Translations under genes and position numbers: made by a program | Notes under the pieces: model-generated | Seen by the model: only the letters and a program-made list of their open reading frames with translations | Database searches by the model: none | What the model was told of the DNA's origin: nothing | NCBI GenBank assembly: GCA_963755425.1 | Contig: CAVWJI010000001.1 | Location: forward strand, 414,697-478,696 | DNA length: 64,000 nt | DNA from: an uncultured Gemmatimonadales bacterium | Lineage (GTDB): Bacteria > Gemmatimonadota > Gemmatimonadetes > Gemmatimonadales > GWC2-71-9 | Reading direction: 5' to 3' | Shown here: positions 10,820 to 22,189 of the stretch, piece by piece | Layout: each line of letters opens with the position of its first letter | Numbering within the stretch: position 1 is the stretch's first letter

Positions 10820-12069
10820 CTAGCGCTCGTCCGACCGCAGCCACGCCGGAATGCCTTCCAGCCGCCGCGGTTCGGCGGTGAAGATCCGCAGCCGGCGCGC
10901 GCTGCGATAGAGCGTGTCAGCCACCCGCGGCAATCCGAGATGTCCGGTGCGTCCCTCGTCGGTGAGCCGTTCGATGGCTCCGTTGCGCGTCTGCAGCGGC
11001 AGGTCGACGCTCAGCATCGACGCCCGCGCGGGGAAGTCGATCAGCACGCCGTGCGGCGGCAGCGCCAGCTCCGCGCGAGCGCGATCCTCGGCGGCTTCGA
11101 CCCGCTCCGGGTCTCGCGCCAGCCATTCGCAGCTCGTGATCGGGGACCTCGCTGGCGGAGATGTCGAGCGCCCGCTTGTAAGAGCCGGCGGGCCCGGAGC
11201 GCGTGGGCAAGCCCGCTGGGGTCGACGGGCCAGCAGGGCCGCGATCGAGGATGTCGTCGGTGGCCTCGGCGATCTCCGCGGCGTCCAGCCGCCGCGAGCC
11301 GCCGTGGTGCGCACCGCCCGCTTGAACATGCAGGTGGCCGACCGTACCGCGTGGTGCCAGTAGACGTTGCGGTACATCTGGTACTTCGCGAACAGGAGCG
11401 ACTCGAGCGCGCTGACGCCCTTCTCGTGCACGCCGATCTCGCGCGGGCTCGTCGCCGCCGTCGACCAGCACCAGTGACGCCAGCAGCCGGTCGACGTCGA
11501 CCACGCCGTAGGGCACGCCGCACATCCGCGCGTCGCGGCTCAGATAGTCGATCTTGTCGAGGTCGAGCGAGCCCGACACCAGCCCTGCCAGCGGCGAGGT
11601 GCTGCGCCCCTGGATCAGCGCGGCGATCCGCGAGATGAGCGCAACGCCGCCGAGCGATCGGAGCACGTCGCCGAGCTCGCCGAGGCGCAAGGCGTCGGCG
11701 CCGAGTCGTTCGTGGTCGGGAAAGCCGGCCTCTTCCAGCGCGTGCGAGAACGGATAGTGGCCGATGTCGTGCAGCAGCGCCGCCAGGCGGACGGCGAGCC
11801 GCTCCTCGTCGTCGACCAGTCTCGAGGTCGCCGCGATCCTCGAGCATCGCCAGGGCGCGGCGGGCCAGGTGATACGCGCCGAGGGCGTGTTCGAAGCGGG
11901 AATGGGTGGCGCCGGGATAGACGAGGAACGCGTGGCCCAGCTGGCGCACATAGCGCAGCCGCTGGAACGCCGCGGTCTCGACGCACGCCATCGCTTCCGG
12001 CTCGAGCCGGATGTTGTCCCACAGCGGGTCGCGGATGATCTCGGTCGGGAGGTCATGGACGGCGCTCAT
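10820..12069 (-). CDS. HD-domain phosphohydrolase (dNTP triphosphohydrolase-like), split over three frames
   Basis: Fragments are RFEHALGAYHLA (11041..12078), LLHDIGHYPFSHALE...DKIDYLSRDARMCGVPYG (10917..12056) and YQMYRNVYWHHAVR (10820..11431). Confidence 0.8.
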
Positions 12070-12139
12070 GCTCCCCACCGGGCTGTGCGCGTGCCCGCCC
12101 GCCCGGGCAGCCCCCGTTCGTCGGCGTTCCGGACGCCGG

Positions 12140-14011
12140 TCAGGCCGTCTCCGGCTCCAGTCGCCAGTGCTCTTCGCTGCGCCACAGCGCCGAGAGGATC
12201 AGCTCCCGCATCCACATGAACTCCTGCGGCAGGCGGTCGTACAGTTTCTCGAACAGCTCGCGGTGCGACAGCAGCTCCGACTTCCACCGCTCGCGGTCAA
12301 TGCCCATCAGCTTGACAGAAGGTCGCTCTCGGGAAGTCGCAGTCCCTCCCAGCGGAGGTCGTCGTAACGCGGCATCCAGCCGATCGGGCTCTCGATCGCC
12401 GCGGCGCGGCCCCGGACCCGGCCCACGATCCACTCCAGCACGCGCATGTTCTGTCCGTATCCGGGCCAGATGAACTTCCCGTGCTCGTCCTTGCGGAACC
12501 AGTTGACGCAGAAGATGCGCGGCGGATCGACTCAGGCCCGCGGCCCATCTGCAGCCAGTGGTTGAAGTAGTCGCCCATGTGATAGCCGCAGAACGGCAGC
12601 ATGGCGAACGGATCGCGGCGCACGTGGCCCACCGCGCCGGCGGCGGCGGCGGTGGTCTCCGAACCGATCGGTGGCGCCGAGATAGACGCCGAAGTTCCAG
12701 TTGAACGCCTGATAGACCAGCGGCACCGTCGTGGCTCGCCGGCCGCCGAAGATGAACGCCGAGATCGGCACGCCGGCCGGATCTTCCCACGCGGCGTCGA
12801 CCGACGGGCATTGCGATGTGGGCGCGGTGAAACGGGCGTTGGGATGGGCCGCCGGCGTGGTGCTCGCCGGCGTCCACGGGTTGCCGCGCCAGTCGGTGAG
12901 CTGCGCCGGCGGTTCCTTGGTGAGTCCCTCCCACCAGACGTCGCCGTCTTCGGTGAGGGCCACGTTGGTGAAGATGCAGTTCCGTTCGACCGTCGCGATG
13001 GCGTTGGGGTTGGTCTCCTTCGACGTGCCCGGGCGCGACGCCGAAGAAGCCCGCTTCGGGGTTGATGGCGTAGAGCCGGCCGTCCTTCCCCGGCTTGATC
13101 CAGGCGATGTCGTCGCCGACGGTGGTGACCTTCCAGCCGTCGTAGCCCTTGGGCGGGATGAGCATCGCGAAGTTGGTCTTGCCGCAGGCGCTGGGGAAGC
13201 CCGCCGCGACGTAGGTCTTCTCGCCCTGCGGGTTTTCCACGCCCATGATCAGGGTGTGCTCGGCCATCCACCCCTCGTCGCGGGCCATGACCGAGGCGAT
13301 GCGCAGCGCGAAGCACTTCTTGCCGAGCAGCGCGTTGCCGCCGTACCCCGACCCGTACGACCAGATCTCCCGCTCCTCGGGGAAGTGGACGATGTACTTC
13401 TGGTCGTTGTTGCAGGGCCACTTCACGTCCGCCTCGCCGCGGCGCGAGCGGCTTGCCGACCGAATGCACGCACGGCACGAAATCGCGATCGCCGAGCGCG
13501 TCCAGCGCCGCCCGGCCCATGCGAGTCATGATCCGCATGTTGACCACGACGTAGGGCGAGTCGGTGAATCTCGACGCCGATGTGCGACATCGGCGAGCCG
13601 ATCGGTCCCATCGAGAACGGGATGACGTACAGCGTCCGTCCCCGCATGCAACCGGCGAACAGCCGGCGCAGCGTCTCGCGCATTTCGCGCGGGTCGACCC
13701 AGTTGTTGGTCGGTCCGGCGTCCTGCTTCCGCTTGCTGCAGATGAAGGTGCGGTCCTCGACGCGGGCGACGTCGCTCGGGATCGGAGAGCGCCAGGAACG
13801 AGTTGGGACGCTTCGCCGGGTCGAGCCGGATCAGCGTCCCCGTCGTCACCATCTGCTGGCACAGTCCGTCGTATTCTTCCTGCGACCCGTCGCACCAGTG
13901 TACCGCGTCCGGCTCCATCAGCTGGGTCATTTCCCGCACCCAGGTCTTCAATCGGGCATGCCGGACCCACGACGGAACGGCAAGATCGGACGAAGAGGCA
14001 GTGGCAGTCAT
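12140..14011 (-). CDS. pckG: phosphoenolpyruvate carboxykinase (GTP), heavily frame-interrupted
   Basis: The N-terminus [16 protein letters not shown]...[11 protein letters not shown] lies in ORF 13526..14077. The core [24 protein letters not shown]...[13 protein letters not shown]...VGDDIAWIK lies in 12140..13426. Other conserved pieces are in ORFs 12297.., 12532.. and 13423... The total span of 624 codons fits GTP-PEPCK. Confidence 0.9.
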
Positions 14012-14105
14012 TGCAACTCCGGCAAAGGCACGCAGGCCGCCCGGGTCGGGCGGCCTGGAGGTGGGAAAATGGCGCAACTGGCGGTTCCGGGCAACGCTGG
14101 TGGTG

Positions 14106-14729
14106 TTACGGACGGGTGACGATCTGCATGTTGGGTGTCAGGTGATAGAGAACCTGCGCCGTGGCGGTGTCGCGCGCACTGAGCCCGTCGATCGACGGGT
14201 CCGCGTACATCACGTCGTCCGGATTGGGGGAATGATGGAGCAGACCGATGGCGTGTCCCATTTCATGCGTCATCGTGATCCGGTAGCAATCGCCCAGTCC
14301 GGCGGTGGTGCCATTGGGCCAGACATAGACGTGGATCGGCAACCTGATGGTGAACGCCGTACTGAGGGTGTCGATCTGGGTCAGCCCGGAACACTGCGGC
14401 GCGAACGCCGGTACCCCTTCGCCACCAGGCGAGATGTTGTTCTCGACGATGATGTCCGCGTGCGCCGAGTCGCTGGCCATCGTGGAACGGAACTCGCCGT
14501 ACAGGAAGACCCCTTCCCAGCGCGCCAGCGCCGTCTCGACGTCGGGCAGGAGCGAATCGCCGGGGGCCACGTAGACGCGCACCGGCAGCGTGCTCCTCGG
14601 CCAGTTGAAGGTCAGCGTGTCGGTGCGGATCACCAGGCGGTAATCGTAGATGTTCTCTCGGAGCGGGCCGGTGAGCTGGGTGCAGCCGACCGTGATCGCC
14701 GCCGCGGCGATCCAGGCCGCGCGCTTCAC
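14106..14729 (-). CDS. zinc metalloprotease lipoprotein (matrixin/metzincin-like HExxHxxGxxH)
   Basis: The GTG at 14729 overlaps the upstream stop (GTGA). The signal/lipobox is AAAITVGC. The catalytic motif is [13 protein letters not shown]. Confidence 0.8.
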   Translation of the reverse strand: MKRAAWIAAAAITVGCTQLTGPLRENIYDYRLVIRTDTLTFNWPRSTLPVRVYVAPGDSLLPDVETALARWEGVFLYGEFRSTMASDSAHADIIVENNISPGGEGVPAFAPQCSGLTQIDTLSTAFTIRLPIHVYVWPNGTTAGLGDCYRITMTHEMGHAIGLLHHSPNPDDVMYADPSIDGLSARDTATAQVLYHLTPNMQIVTRP

Positions 14730-15322
14730 AGCTGTCGCTCCAGTCCCAGCAGCAGCGCAAGGCGATTCACCGTCTGGCTCTGCTGAAAGCCACTGGCCCG
14801 GAGCGAATTGGTGACGAAACCGTGCACGGTGTAGCGCAGCGTGGCCAGCGCCGCGAGCCCGGAGCCGATCGGATGCGTCCAGCTGGCGCCCGCGGCAAAG
14901 AGCCACGCGCTCGGGTTCCCGTCGGCAAAGAGTCCGGCCCGTTGTGCCGACTGATAGAAGATCCGGCCGCCGCCCACCTGCCAGCGGACATGCCGTGCCA
15001 GTGGCCCGTCGAACAGGGCCACGACGCTCGCCGTGCCCAGCCCCCAGAGATTGGCGCGCGCGCTGTCCTCGGTCAGGTAGATCGACGCGTGGGCGTACTG
15101 GCCCTCGACGATGACCCGGTAGCCGCCGCCGGTCGCGAGCGCGACGCCCGCCGCAATGGTGGGTGCCACGGCGGTGTGGAGATAGAGGTTGCGGTCGGCC
15201 ACGATCTGATCGCGCGCCAGCGTCGAGCTGTACGTCGCACCCACGGTGAGCCGCACCGTGGCCTGTCCTGCCAGCGGGGCAACCCAGCACGCCAGAACGG
15301 CCATCGCGGAGGCGATACGCAT
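14726..15322 (-). CDS. secreted protein, probable small outer-membrane beta-barrel
   Basis: The ATG at 15322 gives the signal peptide MRIASAMAVLACWVAPLAGQA. The sequence shows an alternating hydrophobic pattern. No specific family was recognised. Confidence 0.5.
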   Translation of the reverse strand: MRIASAMAVLACWVAPLAGQATVRLTVGATYSSTLARDQIVADRNLYLHTAVAPTIAAGVALATGGGYRVIVEGQYAHASIYLTEDSARANLWGLGTASVVALFDGPLARHVRWQVGGGRIFYQSAQRAGLFADGNPSAWLFAAGASWTHPIGSGLAALATLRYTVHGFVTNSLRASGFQQSQTVNRLALLLGLERQL

Positions 15323-15356
15323 CGGATCGGGAAGATGCCGGTGCGAACGCAGCGCG

Positions 15357-16271
15357 TCAAATCGCGTCACGCCACTCGCGGAGCCGCGCCAGCATGCGGC
15401 GATCGTTGGTGACGCCGTCGTCCCCTTTGGGCGTTTCGAGAATCTTGGGCACGGCGGCGAAGCGTTCGTCGCGCATGATGCGCCGGAACGGCTCGTCGCC
15501 GAGTGACCCGTCACCGAGCAGTTCGTGCCGATCGCGATGCGAGTCGAACGGCGTCTTCGAATCGTTGACATGGATCGCCCGGAGCAACTCGAGCCCGAGC
15601 ACGTCGTCCCACTCCCGCCAGACACCGTCGTAGTCGCCCACCAGGTCGTAACCGGCGGAATAGAGGTGGCAGGTGTCGGCGCAGAACGCCACGCGGACGC
15701 GGACGTCTTCGGCCACCGCGGCGCGGATGGCCCGCAGCTCCTCGAAGCGCGACCCGAGGGCGGTGCCGGTCCCGGCCGTGGTCTCGAGCAGCAGCATCAG
15801 GGGGCCGGGGACGGCCCGCAACGCCGCCGTGATGGCCGATGCGTTCCGGGCCATCCCGGCCTCGCGGTCGTCCATGAAATTCCCCGGATGGGAGACCACT
15901 CCGTCCAGGCCGAGTATGGCCGACCGCCGGAGCTCGCCGGTGAAGGCTTCCAGCGACCGGCCCCGGATGGCAGGATCCGGCGAGGCGAGGTTGATCAGGT
16001 ACGAATCGTGCGACACGATGGCGGCGACCGGGTCGGTCCGGCGAGCGGCGGCAAACGCCGCCGCGATCTCCGGCGTCACCTGAGGTTCGCGCCACATGTT
16101 GGGGGTCTTGGTGAACAGCTGGATCGCCGTCGCTCCGATCGCCGTGCTGCGCCCCGGCGCCGTGGCGGGACCGCCCTGGGTCGAAACGTGCGCCCCGATC
16201 AGTTCGGGGGACCCGCTCCGGCCCTGTTCTGACCTTTTCCGGTGAGATCGAGTGTCCGATTTCGTGCGCAT
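15357..16271 (-). CDS. nfo: deoxyribonuclease IV (endonuclease IV)
   Basis: Conserved stretches are IGAHVS...IQLFTKTPNMW...SHDSYLINLASPD...VSHPG...LLETTAG...FCADTCHLYSAGYD...IHVNDSK. The start is uncertain; the ATG at 16271 is the nearest in-frame start. Confidence 0.85.
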   Translation of the reverse strand: MRTKSDTRSHRKRSEQGRSGSPELIGAHVSTQGGPATAPGRSTAIGATAIQLFTKTPNMWREPQVTPEIAAAFAAARRTDPVAAIVSHDSYLINLASPDPAIRGRSLEAFTGELRRSAILGLDGVVSHPGNFMDDREAGMARNASAITAALRAVPGPLMLLLETTAGTGTALGSRFEELRAIRAAVAEDVRVRVAFCADTCHLYSAGYDLVGDYDGVWREWDDVLGLELLRAIHVNDSKTPFDSHRDRHELLGDGSLGDEPFRRIMRDERFAAVPKILETPKGDDGVTNDRRMLARLREWRDAI

Positions 16272-16317
16272 CGATTCCTCGCGTGTTGCCTCAGCCGCCA
16301 GTGGGCGCGATTCCGCC

Positions 16318-17719
16318 ATGCGGCCCCTCGTCATGCTCCAAGGCGACCTTGCCGGGCGCCCCGAAGGGCTCGAACGTGACCTGATCCGGTCCGGGTTCCA
16401 AGTGGTGGAGGGTGCCTCGATCGACGAGGTGCCCTCTCGGCCGACGCTTATTGTTGCAACTTGCACCAATTTCGAGGCCGAACTGCCGCGATTGGAAGAG
16501 CTCATCACCGAATCCCAGAGCCGTGGGGTCCGGGTGGTGCTGCTGATCACGGGGGGCTCGGGTGCCGATCTGGTCCGGGCGGTCGAGGCCGGGGCGGACG
16601 ACGCCATCCTGTTGCCGCTTGAGGCGCCGGTGCTGATCGCCCGGATCGAGGCACGGGTGATCAGCTCGTGGCCGGGGATGCAGGGGCCCGGCACGACCGA
16701 CCTCAAGCTCTTCGGGATCATCCAGGAAGTGGCGGCCGAACTGCATCGCGACGACATGCTGACCGCGCTGGCCCGGGCCGTGGCGCAGGCGCTCGATCTC
16801 CACTCGGTGAGCTGCGTGTTGCATGTCGAAGAGAGTTCCGGCGGGCGGTTGCTCGCGGCGACCGATGCGCCGCGAGTGCGCGACGCCGAAGTCGACCTCG
16901 GCGCGCTGGCCGGAGTCACGGGCGGCGTTGGAGTCGCGGCAGACGGTGGTGGTGCGGGATATCGGCCGCAGCCAGTTGTTCGCCGACGGCACCGGCGGCG
17001 AACCGCGCCCGGCGCTGCCGCATCCCAACCTCGAAAGCACCGCGGCGATTCCGCTGCTCCCGTTCGGCCGGCCGATCGGTACGCTGGTCCTGCGCACCCG
17101 CCGGGGCGAAGGCGTGATCACGCCCGGTCAGGTGGCGTTCGCCGAACTGGCGGTGTCGGCCACCGCGCGCCTGCTCGAGGCCGACGATCGTCGCGGCGCC
17201 ATTGCGCGGCGGCAGGCGTTGGCGTCGCACGTCGATCCGCTCACCGGGTGCGGGACGCTCGACGCCCTCGACGCCCGCATTCGCGAGGAATTCCAGCGGG
17301 CCCGGCGCTACGATGTGACGTTCGCGCTGGTGCTGCTCGACATCGACGGGATGCGCACCATCAACGATCGTCTCGGGCGCGACGGCGGCAACCGGCTGCT
17401 GGCCGACCTGGGGCGCCTGCTGCAGCGCGAGCTGCGCGCATCCGATTTCGTGGCGCGTTACGGCGGTGAGGAGTTCCTGCTGCTGCTGCCCGAAACCGAT
17501 TTCGACGGCGCCCGCCAGACGGTGCACCGCCTGCGCGACCGGATGGCCCCGGCGGGGCTCAGCGAGCTGCATCTCGGCATCCGCTGCCGGTTGACGGCCG
17601 GGGTCGCGATCTATCCGCACCCCGACGTGCACAAGCCCGAAGATCTCTTCGCGATGGTCGAAGCGGCGATGCTGGCCGGCAAGGCGCAGGACGTCGAACG
17701 GATCGGCAGCGCGGCCTGA
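16318..17719 (+). CDS. receiver-like / GAF / GGDEF diguanylate cyclase (one frameshift near 16900)
   Basis: The N-terminal part is in ORF 16252..17469 and the rest in ORF 16823..17719. Motifs include DPLTGCGTLDAL, LLDIDGMRTINDRLGRDGGNRLL and the active-site RYGGEEFLLLLP. Confidence 0.85.
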
Positions 17720-18910
17720 TCAGTTACCGCGGCGCTGCTTGAGCCAGACGGCCGGGTCGAGCGCGATGGAGTTGTCGCCCCGGATTTCGAAGTAGAGATG
17801 GGGGGTCTTTTCGGCGGAGTTCTGACCGCCGACGGTCCCGATGACCTGCCCGCGCGTCACCTGGTCGCCCGCCTTCACGTCCGCCTTCTGCAACTGCATG
17901 TACAGCGACCAGTACCCGTTGGGGTGCCGCACGAACACGCTCAGCCCGTAGGTGCCGAAGCGCTGCACCAGCGCCACCCGGCCGGCTTCGACCGCCTTGA
18001 CCGGGGTCCCGAGGGGCGCGGCGATGGCGATGCCGTTGTGCCGGATCACGCCGCCGGTGGGAAGCGTCTGCGCGCCGAACTGATAGAGGACGGTGCCGTT
18101 GACCGGCCAATCGAGTTTGCCGAGATCCGCGGTGGTGAGTGCGCCGGGGGCGTTGACGTCGTTGGTGGCGGCGACGCTGGCCCGTTCCAGCCGCGTGATC
18201 AGGTCGGTGAGCTGGGACTGCTCCTTCTCGATGGTCCCGAGCCGGGCCGTGGTCTGCTGCGCGTTGCGTTGCAGCTGCTGCAGCGTGCTGCGGCTTTCGT
18301 CCACCAGCTGGGCGTAGTGCTGCATCTCCTGTTCGTGTTCCTGGCGTCGGTCGTCGAGCTGGGTGCGGACGCCGAGGAGCGTGTTGCGGCGGCGCCCGAC
18401 GGTGGCGGTGAGGTTCTTGACTTCGTTGACCAGTTCGCGATCCTGCCGCGAGGTGAGGTAGAGGTACTTGTAGCGCGCCAGCAGGTCGCCGAACGATTCC
18501 GCCGTGAGCAGCACCTGGAAGGTGTACAGCGGCCCGCGTTTGTAGATGTCCACCAGCCGCCGCCGCAGCACCGCTTCGCGCTGCGCCAGGTTGTCCTGCG
18601 CCAGCGCCAGCTCCGCCGCGGACTGGTCGAGCTGGGATCCGAGCCCGCGGATCTGCCGCTCGAGTTCGCTGACCAGCTGTGTCGTCGCGTCCCGCTGGCG
18701 CTGCAGGTTGGTGACGGTGGCGGCGGCATCGCTGACCTGGCCCTGCAGCTGCAACTGCTGCTGCTCCAGCTTCTGCCGCTCGGCGCGGATCTGCTCGAGC
18801 CGGCGACGCGACGCCGCGAGGGACGTGTCCTGCTGCGCGGGAAGCGGTGCCGCGGCGACGACCAGCAGCAGCGCGGCGACGGCGTGCCGGAGGACGCGGT
18901 GGTCAGACAC
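17720..18910 (-). CDS. envC: murein hydrolase activator EnvC-like protein (coiled coil + M23 peptidase domain)
   Basis: Intact 396-aa ORF with a signal peptide, a long Q/L-rich coiled coil and a C-terminal M23-type domain (GIAIAAPLGTPVKAV..G.V...HLYFEIR). It lies directly downstream of ftsEX. Confidence 0.85.
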   Translation of the reverse strand: MSDHRVLRHAVAALLLVVAAAPLPAQQDTSLAASRRRLEQIRAERQKLEQQQLQLQGQVSDAAATVTNLQRQRDATTQLVSELERQIRGLGSQLDQSAAELALAQDNLAQREAVLRRRLVDIYKRGPLYTFQVLLTAESFGDLLARYKYLYLTSRQDRELVNEVKNLTATVGRRRNTLLGVRTQLDDRRQEHEQEMQHYAQLVDESRSTLQQLQRNAQQTTARLGTIEKEQSQLTDLITRLERASVAATNDVNAPGALTTADLGKLDWPVNGTVLYQFGAQTLPTGGVIRHNGIAIAAPLGTPVKAVEAGRVALVQRFGTYGLSVFVRHPNGYWSLYMQLQKADVKAGDQVTRGQVIGTVGGQNSAEKTPHLYFEIRGDNSIALDPAVWLKQRRGN

Positions 18911-19769
18911 GGCGCAGGTGCCGCCCGACGCTCACCAGGGACCCTCCGAATCCCAGCAGCACGCCGAACAGGAGCAGAATCAGGCTTTCGCCGGCGTTGA
19001 AGAACTGCAGCCCGATGCCCAGGCCGATTCCCTCGCGCCGGAAGGCGAGGAGCGCCGCGGCGCAGAGCAGCAGCGCCAGCACGCCGCCCAGCAATCCCTT
19101 CAGCGCGCCTTCGAGCAGGAACGGACCGCGGATGAACCAGTCGGTGGCGCCCACCAGCCGCATGATGTGGATCTCCCGGGCGCGCTGCAGCACCGTCATG
19201 CGGATGGTGACGCCGATGATCACCACCGAGACCAGGGCGAAGGCGAGCCCGATGGCCAGGCCGACCAGTCCGGCGATGTTGCGCAGCGAATCGAGCTGCC
19301 GCACCCAGTCCTCGCCGAAGCGGACATCGTCGACGAACCCGAAGCCGCGCAGCCGGTCGGCCACCGCGGCCGCATGCGCCTCGTCGCGGTCGCCCGGCTT
19401 GAGCGTGAGTTCGATCGAGGGCGGCAGCGGATTGACCTCGAGGTCCTGGTAGACGATCGCGGAATTCCACCAGCTCGCGCTTGGCGCGCGCCAGGGCGTC
19501 GGTCTCGGAGACGTACTGGACGTCGAGCACTTCGGGAAACGCCGCGATGTCCTGCATCGCCGCGGTGATCGCTTCGGTGGGTGTGCCGCGTTGCACGAAG
19601 GCCACCACCTGCACCCGCTCGGCGACCGACGCGATCGCGGTCCGGAGGTTGAGCGCCACCAGGCCGAACAGGCCGGAGACGAAGAGCGCGAAGGCGATGG
19701 TCGTGACCGACAACGCCGAGAGCGTCCGGGTGCGGCGGAACGCCAGCAACGCCTCGCGGCCGATCAGGT

Positions 19770-19773
<4 letters not shown>
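18903..19773 (-). CDS. ftsX: cell division permease FtsX (one frameshift near 19453)
   Basis: The GTG at 19773 overlaps the ftsE stop (GTGA). The N-terminus is in ORF 18199..19773 (…RELVEFR). The rest ([22 protein letters not shown]...[22 protein letters not shown]) is in the frame of ORF 18903..19364. Confidence 0.85.
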
Positions 19774-20456
<683 letters not shown>

Positions 20457-20501
20457 GATTCCAAAATACACCGGCCGCCGCGCCCGGGAATGCGGCGGCG
20501 G

Positions 20502-21647
20502 CTACAGCCCCCGGGCAAGATCGGCGATCAGGTCGGCGCTGTCCTCGCAGCCGCAGGAGAGGCGGAGAAATCCGTCGGGAATGCCGAGCGCGGCGCGCTC
20601 GTCGGGGGTGAGCGCCTTGTGCGATGTCAGTCGCGGTTCGGAGATGAGCGACTCGACGCCGGCGAGCGACGGCGCATGCACGATCACCTTGAGCTGGCTG
20701 AGAAAGCGCTTGGCAGCCGGCGCGCCGCCCTTGAGCGCCAGGCCCACCAGGCCGCCGTACCCGTCGAACAACGACGCCGCGAGGCGATGGTCGGGGTGCG
20801 ACGTCAACCCGGGATAATGGACCGCGGCGAACTCCGGCCGGCCCGCGGCCCATTTGGCGACCGCCATCGCGTTGGCGTTCGCGCGCGCCACCCGCAGCGC
20901 CAGCGTCTTCATGCCGCGCTCGGTAAGCCAGGCGGTGTGCGGATCGATCGACGGCCCCCAGCTGCGCATCAGGCGCGTCACTTCGTCGATCAGCGACGCG
21001 CTGCCCGCCACCGCGCCGGCAATGACATCGCTGTGGCCGTTGAGGTACTTGGTGGCGCTGGTGATCACCACGTCGGCGCCGTGTTCCAGCGGCCGGAAAT
21101 TGATCGGCGACGCAAACGTGCTGTCGACCAGCAGCGCCAGGCCGAGGTCCTGCGTCACCTTGGCGATCGCCGGGACATTCACCACCCGCATCGTCGGGTT
21201 GGTGAGCGCTTCGACGAAGATCGCCCGTGTCGTCTTGCGGATCGCCTTGCGCCAGTCCCGCGGCCGGTCCGGCTCGACATACGTCACCGCGATATCGTGG
21301 CGGGCGAACTCGGTGTCGAACAGCACCCGGGTGCCGCCGTAGATCCACCGCGACGACACGAGATGATCGCCGGGGCGGAGGACGGCGAGATGCGCCAGCG
21401 CCGTCGCCGCCATGCCGCTCGCCACGAAGATCGCCCGCTCGGCGCCCTCGAGCAGCGCGTAGCGCCGCGCCAGCTCTTCCTGATTGGGGTTGTTGCCGTA
21501 CCGGCTGTAGAGCACCTCGTCGTCGCTGCCGATCGGATTGCGGAACGTGGCGCTCTGGAAGATCGGCGTGACCGCCGGCGTCCGCTCCCGGCCGCGGTGC
21601 GGGCGGCCGTGGATCGCCAGGGTGGAGAACCCGTAGCGGCGCGTCAT
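20502..21647 (-). CDS. PLP-dependent trans-sulfuration enzyme (cystathionine gamma-synthase / beta-lyase / gamma-lyase family)
   Basis: Intact 381-aa ORF with the Cys/Met-metabolism PLP pattern, including SATKYLNGHSDVIAG (PLP lysine). Confidence 0.9.
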   Translation of the reverse strand: MTRRYGFSTLAIHGRPHRGRERTPAVTPIFQSATFRNPIGSDDEVLYSRYGNNPNQEELARRYALLEGAERAIFVASGMAATALAHLAVLRPGDHLVSSRWIYGGTRVLFDTEFARHDIAVTYVEPDRPRDWRKAIRKTTRAIFVEALTNPTMRVVNVPAIAKVTQDLGLALLVDSTFASPINFRPLEHGADVVITSATKYLNGHSDVIAGAVAGSASLIDEVTRLMRSWGPSIDPHTAWLTERGMKTLALRVARANANAMAVAKWAAGRPEFAAVHYPGLTSHPDHRLAASLFDGYGGLVGLALKGGAPAAKRFLSQLKVIVHAPSLAGVESLISEPRLTSHKALTPDERAALGIPDGFLRLSCGCEDSADLIADLARGL

Positions 21648-22189
21648 GCCACCGCTCCCAGTTCGTAGGTGGCGTCGGGATGGGCCACTACGCAGCGCCG
21701 GTGCGCCAGGCCGCCGAGTGCTTCGGCGGCCCGCGGCAGCGGCCAGGCGAGCGCTTCGGCCACATCGCCTGCGGGGACGCGTCCCAGCAGGTCGAGGGTG
21801 GCGAAGGCGTCGCGCCAGTCGTCGGCCACGGCGCCGAGGAGCCGCGGGCGCGGCGTATCGGCGAGCAGCGCCACCACGATCAGGCCGTGGCGCGCCAGGG
21901 CGTGTTCGATGGCATCGGCGTGGTGTTCATGCACGCCGCGCAGCACCACGCGGCAGACCGGCATTGCCAGGGCTTCCTGCAGCAGCTTGGCCACGACTTC
22001 GTCGGCGCAGGAAAAATCGACCAGGCCGACCCCGGAAAAGTCGAGCAGCGCGTCGATGCCGGGGGCGTCGCGCAGCACGCCCAGCACGCGGTTGCGCACC
22101 GCAGCGCCTGTCGGTCGCGTGACCAGGTCGCGGTACGGCGTTTCGACCGCTTCGCGCAACACGATGTCGAGTCGGATCACCGCGCTCAC
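21644..22189 (-). CDS. STAS-like (DUF4325-like) protein with probable C-terminal winged-helix
   Basis: The GTG at 22189 overlaps the upstream stop (GTGA), and its own stop overlaps the next ATG (ATGA). The sequence VTRPTGAAVRNRVLGVL...LLDFSGVGLVDFSCADEVVAKLL matches my recollection of the DUF4325 STAS-like pattern. The C-terminal ~70 aa look like a wHTH. Confidence 0.6.
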   Translation of the reverse strand: MSAVIRLDIVLREAVETPYRDLVTRPTGAAVRNRVLGVLRDAPGIDALLDFSGVGLVDFSCADEVVAKLLQEALAMPVCRVVLRGVHEHHADAIEHALARHGLIVVALLADTPRPRLLGAVADDWRDAFATLDLLGRVPAGDVAEALAWPLPRAAEALGGLAHRRCVVAHPDATYELGAVA